Source: a virus | Lineage: Duplodnaviria; Caudoviricetes | Length of the DNA stretch: 38,047 bases | Direction: 5' to 3' (one strand) | Virus record (IMG/VR): IMGVR_UViG_3300032243_000066 | Coordinates: 1-38,047 of that record | Part shown: positions 35,942 through 38,047 of the stretch, piece by piece | Position numbering within the stretch: the first letter of the stretch is position 1 | Layout: each line of letters begins with the position of its first letter | Translations under genes and position numbers: made by a program | The notes under the pieces: model-generated | Seen by the model: the letters and a program-made list of their open reading frames with translations, nothing else | What the model was told of the DNA's origin: nothing | The model's database searches: none

Positions 35942-36742
35942 TTATCCTATTAAATATCCACTAAAAGTATTTCTTATACCAGAACTATAAAAAGTTATTG
36001 TTGCCTGAGATGAAGTCCATGCACCTTGCACATAATCTCCAGCTGTTAAATTCATTACAGCAGATACGGTTGCGTTGGTGTGTGTATTGTTGCCTTGTGT
36101 TAGCTGTATCCAACAATCGGTTGATTGATATGTTCCACCGTTCAACCTGAGCATAACTTCAATTTGTCTTGAATCGTTCTGCGAGTAGAAACTAAACATT
36201 GCGGTCATAAAATATCTACCAGAAACTGGTGCTGTAAATCTGTAAGTAGAATTGTTATAATGACCACCAATATTAAAATCTACTGTGTCATATTGAACAG
36301 GAGCTTCGGATGTTCCAACTGGGCCTGCTGATTTGTATGCACGAAATGCTGGTTGAGAAGCCATTATCAATCGACCACTAGAGTCAATACGAAGACCTTT
36401 TTGAACACCACCATTGGTGCTAATTACATATAAGTCCAAAACTCCAGGCGTAGATGTATCTGGACCAAAAGCAGCAACTCGACCAAATCCAGCTTCTTGA
36501 GACATTGCTATTGTATTAGCAGCAACAGCAGTTAATACCGCACTTGATTGAATAGCGCCAGCAACATTTAATTTGTTAGTTAGTGTGGTAGTACCAACAC
36601 CCATATTACCATTAGGATCTACTCTGACTCTCTCGAGCGCCGATGTAGTAATTGCAATAGTGTTTGCGGCAGGAGAATATACATTCGACCTAGCTGCACC
36701 AGATGGGTCAAGAAATGGATTTGTTATTGTACTTAATGGCAT
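35942..36742 (-). CDS. C1q/TNF-like domain fibre-tip protein
   Basis: PAFRAY, NIGGHYN...RFTAPVSGRY, LTAGDYV and terminal FSGYLIG match gC1q hallmarks; ERVRVD.NGNMGVGTT fibre repeat upstream. Confidence 0.85.
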   Translation of the reverse strand: MPLSTITNPFLDPSGAARSNVYSPAANTIAITTSALERVRVDPNGNMGVGTTTLTNKLNVAGAIQSSAVLTAVAANTIAMSQEAGFGRVAAFGPDTSTPGVLDLYVISTNGGVQKGLRIDSSGRLIMASQPAFRAYKSAGPVGTSEAPVQYDTVDFNIGGHYNNSTYRFTAPVSGRYFMTAMFSFYSQNDSRQIEVMLRLNGGTYQSTDCWIQLTQGNNTHTNATVSAVMNLTAGDYVQGAWTSSQATITFYSSGIRNTFSGYLIG

Positions 36743-36749
36743 ATTCTTT

Positions 36750-36757
36750 TATTTATC
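36750..36757 (-). promoter_or_regulatory. Putative late promoter
   Basis: GATAAATA, 7 nt before the ATG. Confidence 0.5.
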
Positions 36758-36758
36758 T

Positions 36759-36917
36759 CTATTCGTCAGCAGGTTCTGGAGTATTGCCTTCAGCAAGCCA
36801 TCTCAAATATCTTTGATAATCGGAATTTTTTTCATCAAATGGAATACTTGTATTGTCTATCAAACGAAGTACCATTTGAATTGATGTTTCTTTAGGTTTG
36901 TTTATTAATTTATACAT
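36759..36917 (-). CDS. Small partner protein type A (52 aa)
   Basis: Not in the ORF track. Reads [52 protein letters not shown]. Confidence 0.85.
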   Translation of the reverse strand: MYKLINKPKETSIQMVLRLIDNTSIPFDEKNSDYQRYLRWLAEGNTPEPADE

Positions 36918-36919
36918 GA

Positions 36920-37990
36920 TTAAAGGTCCGCATTAATTTCAACAGAAGCTGCATCAAACTCTGCAACATATCCACCACTTGTTGAACCACCATATAAACG
37001 GCAAGAGTTTAAATTGGCCTCGGTTCCCGTAAATGAAACCGAACCACCATCAACTGTTGCAGAATTGACTGTAATTGATGGTGTGGTTCTTTTAACTGTA
37101 TAAGGAATACCAACTTGCCAATTACCACCGCCCGCAGCATTTGGTCTAAAAGCAGTAAATTGTTGTATTTGAATTTTTTCATAATATCTTAACAACAAAG
37201 CTAATTCTACGCCATATGGTCTGTGTTCAAAAGGTGTCGCTACATTTCCTGCTTCTAATTGAACACCTGAAAGTTGAAATGTTGCACCAGTTGTTTCCAT
37301 CAATTTAACTGCGGAAGTATAACCACGAAGGTCTGAACTTTGCCAAGAATTTAATTGACCTGACGAAGATGCACAAATTGATGAACCTTGACCTAAATCC
37401 CAAAACAAAAGTATACCAGCATTATTATCTTTATACCATGTTCCATCTGTGCATGGAGGAATAACAATTGTTTTATATTCCCATGTTGCAGTTGCACTAA
37501 TGGTATAAGTGGTTACATATGAACGATTTAAATCGCTATTTTGTACCGCAAATGCATAAGTTCCTGCAATAGAAGATTTAACCCAAAAAGACATTGTTGC
37601 GTATTTTGCTTTACTTGCACCTTGTCCCCAACATAATGGAGAAGTTACATAACCTTCTAAATATTGACTGACATTTCTACGATTAGATGAGGCGGTTGCT
37701 GCACCAGTAGTTACTGTAGTCAACATTGATTTTTGAAAACCAGTTGGTGCATCAGTAGATAGTGTATAGAAAGCCGATGATGAAGATGAATTGTAATTAT
37801 TTGTTGCCCATCTATCTGGTCCCGAATAATTGGTGTTCAAACCATCTTTATAAAATGCAGTATTAGCACCTGAATTTCTTTGGTCAACTTCAAACTTTCC
37901 GTTTTGAATCATATTTCGGAAACAAATTGATCCATTGCCATATTGGCTTTGGTCGTTAGTAATTGCTTGTGATGCTGTTTGAATTGGCAT
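36920..37990 (-). CDS. Putative fibre-tip protein with a carbohydrate-binding-like domain (type A)
   Basis: [27 protein letters not shown] and GVQLEAG.VATPFE. Confidence 0.8.
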   Translation of the reverse strand: MPIQTASQAITNDQSQYGNGSICFRNMIQNGKFEVDQRNSGANTAFYKDGLNTNYSGPDRWATNNYNSSSSSAFYTLSTDAPTGFQKSMLTTVTTGAATASSNRRNVSQYLEGYVTSPLCWGQGASKAKYATMSFWVKSSIAGTYAFAVQNSDLNRSYVTTYTISATATWEYKTIVIPPCTDGTWYKDNNAGILLFWDLGQGSSICASSSGQLNSWQSSDLRGYTSAVKLMETTGATFQLSGVQLEAGNVATPFEHRPYGVELALLLRYYEKIQIQQFTAFRPNAAGGGNWQVGIPYTVKRTTPSITVNSATVDGGSVSFTGTEANLNSCRLYGGSTSGGYVAEFDAASVEINADL

Positions 37991-38012
37991 TTATATTCTC
38001 TTAAACTTTTAT

Positions 38013-38047
38013 TTATTCGTCAGCGGGAAGTGGTGTGTTACCTTCTG
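38013..38047 (-). CDS. 3' end of a third type A partner protein
   Basis: Reads ...EGNTPLPADE-stop. The stop overlaps an AATAAATA late-promoter motif (38010-38017). Confidence 0.75.
   Translation of the reverse strand, partial: EGNTPLPADE

Noticed and set aside
22860-38047. Diversity-generating retroelement, suggested by the Mtd-N-like domain and multiple tip genes
   Set aside because: No reverse transcriptase and no template/variable repeat pair differing only at adenines was seen in this window.

Overview
This window is a segment of an AT-rich T4-like myovirus genome, with the gene order typical of environmental T4-like phages such as cyanophages and pelagiphages. All credible genes lie on the minus strand. 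In the direction of transcription (right to left) it holds: (i) an accessory array of paired genes, each a putative receptor-binding or fibre-tip protein plus a small partner, interrupted by a GIY-YIG homing endonuclease; (ii) a cluster of fibre and adaptor proteins with shared N-terminal domains and shared C-terminal GGxF tails, including a 1473-aa repeat fibre; (iii) the neck, terminase, tail and head core (gp13-gp23), with a Dps/ferritin gene between gp16 and gp17; (iv) gp3, uvsY, uvsW, gp55, gp47 and gp46; (v) a peptide deformylase, a GNAT acetyltransferase and a truncated unknown gene. T4-type late promoters (NNTAAATA), sigma70 promoters and intrinsic terminators are visible. The most notable observations are the apparent plug-and-socket logic of the fibre cluster, the tip-plus-partner array, an in-frame TAG near the start of uvsY, and a lone antisense sigma70 promoter between gp55 and the uvsW block. 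All family assignments come from motif recognition by eye and from synteny; no database searches were run.
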